From an uncultured Lachnospiraceae bacterium (GTDB lineage: Bacteria > Bacillota > Clostridia > Oscillospirales > CAG-272), in the NCBI GenBank assembly GCA_964568705.1, contig CAZMRH010000002.1:1-32143 (forward strand): a stretch of 32,143 bases of DNA. The letters are read 5' to 3'. How positions within the stretch are numbered: the stretch's first letter is position 1; every line of letters starts with the position of its first letter. The translations under genes were made by a program, and so were the position numbers. Under the pieces are notes generated by a model. That model did not search any database. It saw only the letters and a list, made by a program, of their open reading frames with translations, and was not told where the DNA came from. Shown here piece after piece: positions 8,660-16,295 of the stretch.

Positions 8660-8679
8660 AGCATGCCGTTTTATTTTTT
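8643..8679 (+). terminator. Intrinsic terminator of the MATE gene
   Basis: A stem CGGCACGCTT / AAGCATGCCG spans the stop codon and is followed by TTTTATTTTTT. Confidence 0.7.
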
Positions 8680-8926
8680 GCGGAGAAACACTCGCCGGAT
8701 CGTTTCAAAAAACAAGGAATGAAGCAATGTCGCATCACAGGATCGCGGTGAATACTCCGATGCAAACATCGGTGTGGTATTCGCCGCGGCATCGGATGAA
8801 GTAATGATATCATGGCGACTGTCGTATACCGTATAATAACGGAAAGCCGAAAGTTTTAATTCCCAAGGTAAATATTTCCGCGAAATTTACTTCGGGAATT
8901 TTTGTATAATATTATAATATTTAGTA

Positions 8927-8955
8927 TTGACATTATATTTATTTAATGCTACAAT
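8927..8955 (+). promoter_or_regulatory. Near-consensus sigma-A promoter of the LRR-dockerin gene
   Basis: TTGACA (8927-8932), a 17-nt spacer, then TACAAT (8950-8955), in an AT-rich region about 34 nt upstream of the ATG. Confidence 0.65.
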
Positions 8956-8988
8956 TTATTGACAATATTATTATTTAAGAGGATGACT

Positions 8989-11247
8989 ATGAAGAAATTT
9001 TTATCATTTTTACTTTGCTTTTTAATGCTTTTCCTCATGAGCGCGGGGTCATGGACAGCAAGTGCCGCCGTACAAAGCGGAAGCTGTGAATCGGGAATTG
9101 TCTGGTCATATGATGATGAAACCGGCACGCTCACACTCAGCGGAATCGGAGCAACCGTAAAGGCGGACTCCATGTACAAATATCCGTGGTATAGCTTCCG
9201 CAATTCCATAAAATCACTTATCATCGAATCGGGTGTTGCTGGTATCGCGGACTATGCATTCGACGGATATGCTTCACTTAATTCAGTATCCATACCCGAC
9301 AGTGTAATCGAAATCGGCATGGGCGCCCTTACCGATACTCCGTGGAATAACAGCCTGCCCGACGGCATGAATTATCTGGGGCGTCTCGCCTACTGCTATC
9401 GCGGCGATGTTCCGTCTGACGGCATAATCGAGATCCGCGACGGAACTGTCGGAACTGCGGATTATGCGTTTTCAAGATGCAAAGCTGAAAAAATTATCCT
9501 GCCCGACAGTATCACAAGGCTGGGCAAAGGTGCTTTTTTTTACTGTGAACAGCTAAAACACATAACGCTTCCGAAAAACATCACAAGCATACCTCATCGG
9601 CTGTTTTCCAGTTGTACCACTATTGAGGAAATAGTAATACCGCAGGGCGTGACAAGCATAGGTTTCGGCGCTTTCGAAGTCTGCAAGGCTCTTACATATG
9701 TGACTGTTCCGGGCAGTGTTACCGAAATCGGCGATTATGCCTTTAACGCATGCTTCAGTCTTGTGTCGCTGAGGCTTCCTTCAGGAGTTAAAACGATCGG
9801 AAGCGAGGTGTTTTCGCATTGCTCCGCTTTAAAAATGGTTACTTTTCCGGACAGCATCACAAGTATCGGAAAAGGTGTTTTTACCTTTACACCAAATGTT
9901 GCAATACGCTGCAATTCAGGCTCTTATGCCGAATCCTACGCGATATCGCACGGTCTGCCGTATGCTCCGATACCTGAAACGGATTACGATGTTTTCGGCA
10001 CGCTTCTCGCGGCGTACTACGGCCGCGACACGGAGATTGTCGTGCCGGACAGTGTGACGGAAATTGGCGGGGGTGTATTCTACGGTAAAGACAAGATAAA
10101 ATCCGTAAAGCTCCCGGACGGCGTTACAACTATCGGCGGATGGGCATTTTCCGGATGTGCCTCACTTGAAACAATAAATCTTCCCTCCACGGTCACCGAA
10201 ATCGGAGATGATGCGTTTGCAGGATGCGAAAGTCTCAAAGCGATTGACATTCCGACTGGCGTGACCAAAATCGGCGACGAGGCATTTTTCGGATGCAGCC
10301 TGATAAAAAGCGTGAATATCCCCTCGGGACTTACCGAAATTAACCAATATGCATTCTTTAAATGTGCGTCTCTTGAATCGGTGACGATTCCGTCAGGAGT
10401 GACGCGCATAAACAAGTACGCGTTTTCGCTGTGCACTTCTCTCAAGTCAGTTGTCATATCGGACGGCGTGACTGAAATATTAAATTTTGCATTCTTCGTA
10501 TGTGAGGCTCTTGAGACGATAACCGTTCCGGACAGCGTAATTAAGATAGGAGACGGCGCTCTCACATATACTGCGTGGTACGACCTTCAGCCGGACGGAA
10601 TAGTATATGCAGGTAACGCCGTGATAACCTACAAAGGTGAAATGCCTGAAAACTGCGCGCTGACGCTACACCGCGGTGCGACTGTTATTGCCGACAGTGC
10701 GTTTGCCGAACTTACCTCGCTTGTGTCGGTGACGATACCGGACGGTACCGTGAAAATCGGCGATTACGCATTCAATGACTGCACTTCGCTTGCGTCTGTC
10801 ACCATTCCCGCAAGCATAAACCGAATCGGAACAGACGCGTTTACCGGATGCAGTACCGTCACCTTCCGGGGAAGTTCCGACACCTATGCCGAAAAATTTG
10901 CCATAGCTCATCATATTCCGTTTATTGCAATTGACAAGTGTGAGCATACGCCGGATGCCGCATGGACGATTGACATTGCAATGACACCGACTATACACGG
11001 TTTGAAGTCGCATCACTGCACAAAATGCGGTATGATGTTTGATGAAACCGAGCTTCCGTATCTGGGGGATATAACATGCGACAGCAAGATAAACGCGCTT
11101 GATATATTAAAAATCAAGCTGTCTCTGGCGCAAAAAGTTACGCTTGACGATAATCAGCAGCTCAGTGCCGACTTCACGAAGGACGGAAAGGTCAATGCCC
11201 TTGATCTTCTCCGCGTCAAACTATATATTGCGGGCAAAGTCTCCTGA
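8989..11247 (+). CDS. Secreted BspA-type leucine-rich-repeat protein with a C-terminal dockerin
   Basis: The start is moved to MKKFLSFLLCFLMLFLMSAGSWTASA (a signal peptide, with an AAGAGGA RBS). There are more than 15 repeats of the I-P-x-(S/G)-V-T-x-I-G-x-x-A-F-x-x-C-x-x-L type. The C-terminus has two calcium-binding dockerin segments (DITCDSKINALDILKIK and DFTKDGKVNALDLLRVK). Confidence 0.88.
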   Translation: MKKFLSFLLCFLMLFLMSAGSWTASAAVQSGSCESGIVWSYDDETGTLTLSGIGATVKADSMYKYPWYSFRNSIKSLIIESGVAGIADYAFDGYASLNSVSIPDSVIEIGMGALTDTPWNNSLPDGMNYLGRLAYCYRGDVPSDGIIEIRDGTVGTADYAFSRCKAEKIILPDSITRLGKGAFFYCEQLKHITLPKNITSIPHRLFSSCTTIEEIVIPQGVTSIGFGAFEVCKALTYVTVPGSVTEIGDYAFNACFSLVSLRLPSGVKTIGSEVFSHCSALKMVTFPDSITSIGKGVFTFTPNVAIRCNSGSYAESYAISHGLPYAPIPETDYDVFGTLLAAYYGRDTEIVVPDSVTEIGGGVFYGKDKIKSVKLPDGVTTIGGWAFSGCASLETINLPSTVTEIGDDAFAGCESLKAIDIPTGVTKIGDEAFFGCSLIKSVNIPSGLTEINQYAFFKCASLESVTIPSGVTRINKYAFSLCTSLKSVVISDGVTEILNFAFFVCEALETITVPDSVIKIGDGALTYTAWYDLQPDGIVYAGNAVITYKGEMPENCALTLHRGATVIADSAFAELTSLVSVTIPDGTVKIGDYAFNDCTSLASVTIPASINRIGTDAFTGCSTVTFRGSSDTYAEKFAIAHHIPFIAIDKCEHTPDAAWTIDIAMTPTIHGLKSHHCTKCGMMFDETELPYLGDITCDSKINALDILKIKLSLAQKVTLDDNQQLSADFTKDGKVNALDLLRVKLYIAGKVS

Positions 11248-11293
11248 CACTCGTGCATTTTTAATAGCGGCAAGCGCCGCTGTCACAGACAAC

Positions 11294-11326
11294 AAAAGGT
11301 GCGACTTTAGAAAAGCCGCACCTTTT
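11294..11326. terminator. Bidirectional intrinsic terminator between the LRR-dockerin gene and sigG
   Basis: AAAAGGTGCG (11294-11303) pairs with CGCACCTTTT (11317-11326), giving an A-tract on one side and a T-tract on the other. Confidence 0.8.
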
Positions 11327-11328
11327 TG

Positions 11329-12102
11329 CTACATCTGCTTGCGTATCCGTTCCAGCGCACCCTTTTCAAGGCGTGACACCTGCGCCTGCGATATGCCGAT
11401 CTCATCGGCGATTTCCATTTGCGTTTTGCCCTTGAAAAACCTCATATTTATTATTGCGCGCTCGCGCTCGCTGAGCTTTTTCATAGCTTCCCTCAGTGCA
11501 ATATCTTCAAGCCATGCTTCGTCTGTATTCGTCGTATCGCTTATCTGATCCATCACATATATCGAGTCGCCGCCGTCGCTGTAGACTGGCTCATAGAGCG
11601 ACACCGGCTCGATTATCGCTTCAATAGCGCGTGTCACGTTCTCGGGAGTCTCTCCAAGCTCCTGTGCGATTTTTTCGACAGTCGGCTCGCTCTCCATATT
11701 TTTTACGAGCAGCTCACGCATCTGGAGCGCTCGGTATGCGAGATCACGCACGCTTCGGCTTACGCGGATTGTGTTGTTATCCCGGAGATACCGCCGAACC
11801 TCACCGATAATCATAGGCACTGCATACGTCGAAAATTTTACATCAAGCTCCGTATTAAAATTGTCGACCGCTTTGATAAGACCGATACAGCCGACCTGAA
11901 AAAGATCGTCAAGATTTTCACGACGGTTTGTAAACCGCTGGATTATACTCAGCACAAGTCTGAGATTGCCGTCGATGAGCTTCTGTCTTGCCGCCGTATC
12001 ACCGTCCTTTGCGCGCAGCAGCAGCTCACGCTTTTCCTCACCCGTCAATACCTGAAGCTTTGCGGTATTTACTCCGCATATTTCCACTTTATTATAATAC
12101 AT
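11329..12102 (-). CDS. sigG: Sporulation sigma factor SigG (forespore, late)
   Basis: NKVEICGVNTAKLQVL, GNLRLVLSIIQRF, DDLFQVGCIGLIKAVDNF, KFSTYAVPMIIGEVRRYLRDNNTIRVSRS, DGGDSIYVMDQISD and GISQAQVSRLEK closely follow B. subtilis SigG as I recall it. The match is clearly better than to SigF or SigE. Confidence 0.9.
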   Translation of the reverse strand: MYYNKVEICGVNTAKLQVLTGEEKRELLLRAKDGDTAARQKLIDGNLRLVLSIIQRFTNRRENLDDLFQVGCIGLIKAVDNFNTELDVKFSTYAVPMIIGEVRRYLRDNNTIRVSRSVRDLAYRALQMRELLVKNMESEPTVEKIAQELGETPENVTRAIEAIIEPVSLYEPVYSDGGDSIYVMDQISDTTNTDEAWLEDIALREAMKKLSERERAIINMRFFKGKTQMEIADEIGISQAQVSRLEKGALERIRKQM

Positions 12103-12215
12103 AATTGCCCCCGGTTCTGCTTTGATAAAAGTATTGCCAAAGCGCCAATGCAGTTATGCACTGTTCCGGTTTCCGCATATTTCCATACCAAAAACAATGG
12201 CTGATGATAACAACT

Positions 12216-12244
12216 GACTGCGGCAATTGTAAGTTACCGCAGTC
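12216..12244 (-). terminator. Hairpin between spoIVB and sigG, a possible partial terminator
   Basis: An 8-bp stem GACTGCGG / CCGCAGTC lies 8 nt after the spoIVB stop. On the minus strand it is followed only by AGTTGTTATC, a weak U-tract. Confidence 0.35.
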
Positions 12245-12251
12245 CGCTTAT

Positions 12252-13457
12252 TTATTTCAATATATCCGGCATTTCCCTGAGCATGTTTTCAATAAAGATA
12301 CCGTAGCCCTTCGTCGGGTCGCCGATAAGCACATGCGTCACGGCACCGATGAGCCTACCATCCTGTATCACGGGACTCCCGCTCATACCCTGCACGATAC
12401 CGCCTGTCTTTTCAATAAGTGTCGCGTCAGTCACCGTCACCACAAAGCACTTGTTGTCCGACGCATCAGCCTGTATCTCCGAAATGTTAATCGCATATCT
12501 CCCTATTGTATTATCGTCAAGTGTACACATGATATATGCTTCGCCCTCATGTACGCTGTCGCGCAGTCCGACAGGTAGCGCTTCAATCGATTTAATGCTC
12601 TCCGGCACCTCCGACAACACGCCGAACACACCCGACATCGTATTGCCTATAAGCGCACCCTTTTTCCCAGATGAGAAGAATCCCTTAAGCTCGCCCGGAT
12701 CACCTGCAATACCCTTGTCAATGCCTTCTATGGACACGTCAACCACGATTCCCTTGAGCATCGGCATCAGCTCTCCCGTCACCGAATCACATATGCCGTG
12801 ACCGAGACCCGCGAACGCTCCCGTCTCAGGTGAAACAAAAGTCACCGTTCCGACTCCCGCTGCACTGTCACGTATCCACATTCCCGTTTTATACTTTCCG
12901 TCCGCCACGGAAAATGCTGGGTTTATAGTAACCTCAAACTCCGATGTGTCGCGTCTGAGTGTCAGTGTCAGAGGCGCGCCGCCGCTGTTTTCAACCGCGC
13001 CGATCAGATCCTCTACGCTCCTGGCAACCTCGCCATTAATCTTTATTATCACGTCACGCTCGGCAACACCCGCGTCACGCGCCGGACCTACCGCACCTCC
13101 CTCCGTGTCCACATCCGACAGTCCGACCACCATCAGCCCATCCGTGAAAAACTTAACACCGAACGGCATACCGCCCGGACACAGGCTAATTTCGTCAAAT
13201 ACACTGATGCTTACTTTCCCGAGCGGGACTGTGTCAAACAGCATCGCCGTTCCGGAGTATGTCTCATATACACTGCCGGATGCCATCACCGACGTGCTGT
13301 CCTCATTTATAGTAATAAAATCCCCGACTGTAATTTCATCACCGCGGAATTTAGAGTATTCCTTATCTACAAGCCCGTCTGCCGCACAGAAAAACACCGT
13401 GACAAGAAGCAGTGCCACAGCGCCGCGCCGGACAAGGCTTTTTATTGTTTTTTTCAT
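12252..13457 (-). CDS. spoIVB: SpoIVB peptidase (S55 signalling serine protease with a PDZ domain)
   Basis: The start is moved to MKKTIKSLVRRGAVALLLV (a signal anchor). There is a PDZ-like segment GDVIIKINGEVARSVEDL. The S55 catalytic region has GTVTFVSPETGAFAGLGHGI and GGIVQGMSGSPVIQDGRLIGAVTHV. Confidence 0.9.
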   Translation of the reverse strand: MKKTIKSLVRRGAVALLLVTVFFCAADGLVDKEYSKFRGDEITVGDFITINEDSTSVMASGSVYETYSGTAMLFDTVPLGKVSISVFDEISLCPGGMPFGVKFFTDGLMVVGLSDVDTEGGAVGPARDAGVAERDVIIKINGEVARSVEDLIGAVENSGGAPLTLTLRRDTSEFEVTINPAFSVADGKYKTGMWIRDSAAGVGTVTFVSPETGAFAGLGHGICDSVTGELMPMLKGIVVDVSIEGIDKGIAGDPGELKGFFSSGKKGALIGNTMSGVFGVLSEVPESIKSIEALPVGLRDSVHEGEAYIMCTLDDNTIGRYAINISEIQADASDNKCFVVTVTDATLIEKTGGIVQGMSGSPVIQDGRLIGAVTHVLIGDPTKGYGIFIENMLREMPDILK

Positions 13458-13791
13458 ATATATTACGCTGTCATCGCAGCTCCTCCATCCCTCGCCCACT
13501 CGCGATATTCATTTATTAATTTGCTCAGCGGTGACCGCTTTATGTGTTACAAAATCATGCAATACAAAACGATAATGGCACAGTATACCAGCACCATTCA
13601 AGTATCGTAAAGCCTGCTTTTTTGCGGCAGGAAAGCTTAATTAACCCGTGCCGCTGCGCTTCTGAAATAGTCTCTTCATAACTTACAGAGCAAAGGTAAA
13701 TAATGCGACGACACATGTCCGTCTAGCCCGCATTTATATTCCATACAATGCAATTTCCCTTTCCGGAGCCATATATTTTTTATCAAATGAC

Positions 13792-13830
13792 GACGATAGC
13801 ACGGTGTCACCCGTGCTATTATCGTTTTTT
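13792..13830. terminator. Strong hairpin next to the DUF1540-like gene stop, with its U-tract on the plus-strand side
   Basis: The stem pairs GATAGCACGG (13795-13804) with CCGTGCTAT, extended by flanking ACG/CGT pairs, and is followed on the plus strand by TTTTTT (13825-13830). On the minus strand the same hairpin follows the stop at 13839 but lacks a U-run. Confidence 0.6.
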
Positions 13831-13838
13831 ACTATTGC

Positions 13839-14027
13839 TTATCTGCAGTTGCAGTCACTGTTGCCGAGCATGAAAGATTCACAGTCGGTGCACTGGCTTA
13901 CTGTCGGATTTGTCTCATGCGTGCCGACCTGTATCTTGTCGAGCGCACAGTGATTCGTTGTGTTTGAATGGTTTGCGCACTGAGTGACTGTGCACTCGAT
14001 GCTGCTGTTTGAATTTTTGCTGTCCAT
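13839..14027 (-). CDS. DUF1540-like small cysteine-rich protein
   Basis: 62 aa with two C-x-V-x-x-C ... C motifs (IECTVTQCANHSNTTNHCALDKIQVG and VSQCTDCESF). There is a GGAGAG RBS. Confidence 0.7.
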   Translation of the reverse strand: MDSKNSNSSIECTVTQCANHSNTTNHCALDKIQVGTHETNPTVSQCTDCESFMLGNSDCNCR

Positions 14028-14286
14028 ATTTTACTCTCCATTTGTTTTATTGAAACCACGTCACGGTTTCACGATTATTTTTGCCCGATATCGCATGCAT
14101 ATGTATGGATATTTTGACCGAGCGCGAGAATTTCAGCCACGCAACCGTCAAATGAAACCAAAAGTTGCAAAAAATTTCAAAAATGAATACTGAAATGTAT
14201 AGCGCAACCGCAGTGATTTATGTTAAAATTAAGTCACTCGAATGAACCGGTCATCAATAAATTATATTCTACGGGGGAGACAATAC

Positions 14287-15108
14287 ATGAACATCGAAAC
14301 CGCATCAAGACTTGTGGAGCTCCGCAAGTCGCACGGATTATCGCAGGATGCGCTTGCCGAAAAGCTCGGAGTGAGCCGTCAGGCGGTCAGTAAATGGGAG
14401 CGCTCTGAGGCGTCGCCCGATACCGACAACCTTATCACTCTTGCAAAGCTGTACAACATTTCCGTTGACGAATTGCTCGGCATCGGTACAGCCGGTGAAT
14501 CCGACTCCGCAAGCACATCGGACGGCGACAGTGAATCATGCGCAAGTGATGGCGGAAATGACAGCGGCAGCGCAGATAACGACGGTACGGACTTTTATGA
14601 CGGCGGCGATCACGTACACATCGGCATCAGCGGCATACACGTTGATTCAAAGGACGGAGATCACGTACACATCAGCCTCAAGGACGGTATTCACGTCGAC
14701 ACGAAGGACGGCGAGAACGTACATATCGGCGGAGGGAAAATCAATGTAAACGGCAAGGAATACTCGGCGGAGGAAATCAAAGCAAGGCGCCAGCACAAGT
14801 TCTGGCAGGTATTTCCCGTCAGCACCTTCATCACTCTGGTGTTCTTCGTCCTCGGCGCAGTATGGGGTTGGTGGCATCCGGCATGGCTTGTCTTTTTCGT
14901 CATCCCGCTTTATACCACGCTCATTCCGGCAATCGAAAAACGCAATCACAAAATTTTCGCTTATCCTGTGCTTGTCACCGCAGTATTTCTTATGCTCGGA
15001 TTTTTTATGGGTGCATGGCATCCGGGTTGGGTCGTATTCCTCACGATACCGCTCTACTACACGATACCGACGCACGGATCAGGTGACGGAGATAACAACG
15101 ACTGGTGA
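14287..15108 (+). CDS. Membrane-anchored XRE-family HTH regulator with a repeat linker
   Basis: The start is moved to MNIETASRLVELRKSHGLSQDALAEKLGVSRQAVSKWERSE (a canonical XRE HTH, with a GGGGGAG RBS). This is followed by an acidic S/D-rich linker and D-G-(D/E)-x-V-H-I repeats. The C-terminus has four helices built from two WHP(A/G)W(L/V)VF..IPLY repeats. Confidence 0.85.
   Translation: MNIETASRLVELRKSHGLSQDALAEKLGVSRQAVSKWERSEASPDTDNLITLAKLYNISVDELLGIGTAGESDSASTSDGDSESCASDGGNDSGSADNDGTDFYDGGDHVHIGISGIHVDSKDGDHVHISLKDGIHVDTKDGENVHIGGGKINVNGKEYSAEEIKARRQHKFWQVFPVSTFITLVFFVLGAVWGWWHPAWLVFFVIPLYTTLIPAIEKRNHKIFAYPVLVTAVFLMLGFFMGAWHPGWVVFLTIPLYYTIPTHGSGDGDNNDW
14605..14757 (+). repeat. Internal tandem coding repeat (about 2.5 units of about 51 nt) in the XRE regulator
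   Basis: GDHVHIGISGIHVDSKD / GDHVHISLKDGIHVDTKD / GENVHIGGGKINVNGKE. The DNA units share gatcacgtacacatc...ggac. Confidence 0.7.
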
Positions 15109-15117
15109 TAATATAAG

Positions 15118-15157
15118 AAAAAGCACGCGATAAGTATTACCGCGTGCTTGCTTTTTA
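15118..15157. terminator. Bidirectional intrinsic terminator between the XRE regulator and yitT-like genes
   Basis: AAAAAGCACGCG pairs with CGCGTGCTT and is followed by gCTTTTT. The two flanking genes are convergent. Confidence 0.8.
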
Positions 15158-15164
15158 TTCGTTT

Positions 15165-16151
15165 TTATTCACCGTCAGTCTTGAACCCGTATCCGAGCAC
15201 CTCGCTTGCTTCGGCGATGACCATGAACGCCTTCGGGTCAATCGAGTAGACTATTGTTCGCAGCGTGTACTCCTCATGCCGTTTGACCGCGCACATCAGC
15301 ACGTGCTTCTCCATTCCCGTAAATTCGCCGCGGCCGTTGAGCGAGGTCACGCCGCGCGTCAGATTCTTCATTATTACAGGTGCGATCTCGTCGTATTTGT
15401 CGGAGAATATCAGCATCAGTTTCGCGCGGTTGCTGCCGCCCATAATAAGATCGACAGCTGCCGAATATATGACGATGCTCACGAGTGAGTAAAGTATTCC
15501 CTGATAGGTTTTCATGATGAGCGCTGACGATACGATTATCACGCAGTCGATTAAAAAGATGAACCTCCCCGTCGATAAACGCTTGAATTTACGCTTGATG
15601 AGAAACGCCGCAAGATCACTGCCGCCCGTCGTGAAACCGCGCGTGATGAATACACCCGCGCCCGCACCCATGATGAAGCCGCCGCTTATCGCACAGAGCA
15701 GCGGATCGTCGGTCGCCGCCGGAAGGAAGGTGAGCAGGTCGACCGCCACCGACGCGCCTGCTACCGCCACTATCGTTTTAAGCATGTTGCGCAGCCCGGA
15801 TACCGTGATGCTCCATATGATAAGCGGCACGTTGATGAGCGTGATAAAAAGGCCTATGGGAGTTCCAAGCAGGCTGTTGAGCGTCGTCGCGATACCTGTC
15901 GCACCGCCCATGATGATCCCGGCGGGCTTCAGGCACATATCCATGCCGATTCCGTAAAGCGCCGCGCCGAATACCAAGATTCCGGCATCGTACAGGATGT
16001 CTGTCGGCTTTATTTTTACGCGCTTCTGCTGTTTTTGCAGCTTACACTCCGCACGCTTCTTTGCACGTAAATCTTTATTTGCCGCACGCTTTTTTATCCG
16101 ATCTGCTTTTTTTCTGACGTCGGATCTCTTCGCGGATGTCGTTTTTTTCAT
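15165..16151 (-). CDS. YitT-family membrane protein (DUF2179 C-terminal domain) with a Lys/Arg-rich N-terminal extension
   Basis: 328 aa. The membrane core has GGATGIA and GGSDL motifs. The C-terminal soluble domain reads VTSLNGRGEFTGMEKHVLMCAVKRHEEYTLRTIV. The ATG at 16151 has an AGGTGAG RBS. Confidence 0.8.
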   Translation of the reverse strand: MKKTTSAKRSDVRKKADRIKKRAANKDLRAKKRAECKLQKQQKRVKIKPTDILYDAGILVFGAALYGIGMDMCLKPAGIIMGGATGIATTLNSLLGTPIGLFITLINVPLIIWSITVSGLRNMLKTIVAVAGASVAVDLLTFLPAATDDPLLCAISGGFIMGAGAGVFITRGFTTGGSDLAAFLIKRKFKRLSTGRFIFLIDCVIIVSSALIMKTYQGILYSLVSIVIYSAAVDLIMGGSNRAKLMLIFSDKYDEIAPVIMKNLTRGVTSLNGRGEFTGMEKHVLMCAVKRHEEYTLRTIVYSIDPKAFMVIAEASEVLGYGFKTDGE

Positions 16152-16196
16152 CGCTCACCTGTACCTTACAAAATTGTGGCTTCAGCCTTCAATTCA

Positions 16197-16224
16197 AGTA
16201 TATTCTGATATATATTTTTGTCAA
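16197..16224 (-). promoter_or_regulatory. Sigma-A-type promoter of the yitT-like gene
   Basis: The minus strand reads TTGACA, a 16-nt spacer, then TATACT. Confidence 0.5.
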
Positions 16225-16295
16225 TACTTCTTTTGTCATACACAGCTTTAATTTTTCATAAAATTTAATGTATCACAAAACGGAGGTATGACAAA

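Noticed and set aside
8681-8720. Possible sixth, degenerate repeat copy after the MATE gene (GGAGAAACACTCGCCGGATCGTTTCAAAAAACAAGG)
   Set aside because: It shares only short words (GAAACAC, TTTCAAAA) with module 1. The similarity is too weak to call by eye and needs an HMM search.
8727-8807. 26-codon ORF (MSHHRIAVNTPMQTSVWYSPRHRMK) with an AGGAA 7 nt upstream
   Set aside because: It is short and has no hydrophobic or Cys pattern or any other peptide signature. Its position in a promoter-distal spacer fits chance.
12349-13575. Plus-strand ORFs of 150 aa and 209 aa
   Set aside because: They are antisense to spoIVB, have S/P/T-rich low-complexity translations and lack an RBS. They are shadow ORFs.
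13458-13600. SigF/SigG-type promoter upstream of spoIVB
   Set aside because: I looked for GHATR-17/18-CAHWHTA and GYATA-15-GGnnAnAHTR on the minus strand. I found only fragments (GTATA, GCATG) with wrong spacing, so no promoter is called.
13608-13650. Possible degenerate repeat copy (AAGCCTGCTTTTTTGCGGCAGGAAAGCTT)
   Set aside because: It resembles module 1 only in its T-run/A-run layout, which is more simply explained as an ordinary small hairpin.
15514-15957. 147-aa plus-strand ORF
   Set aside because: It is antisense to the YitT-family gene and has no RBS or recognisable motifs.
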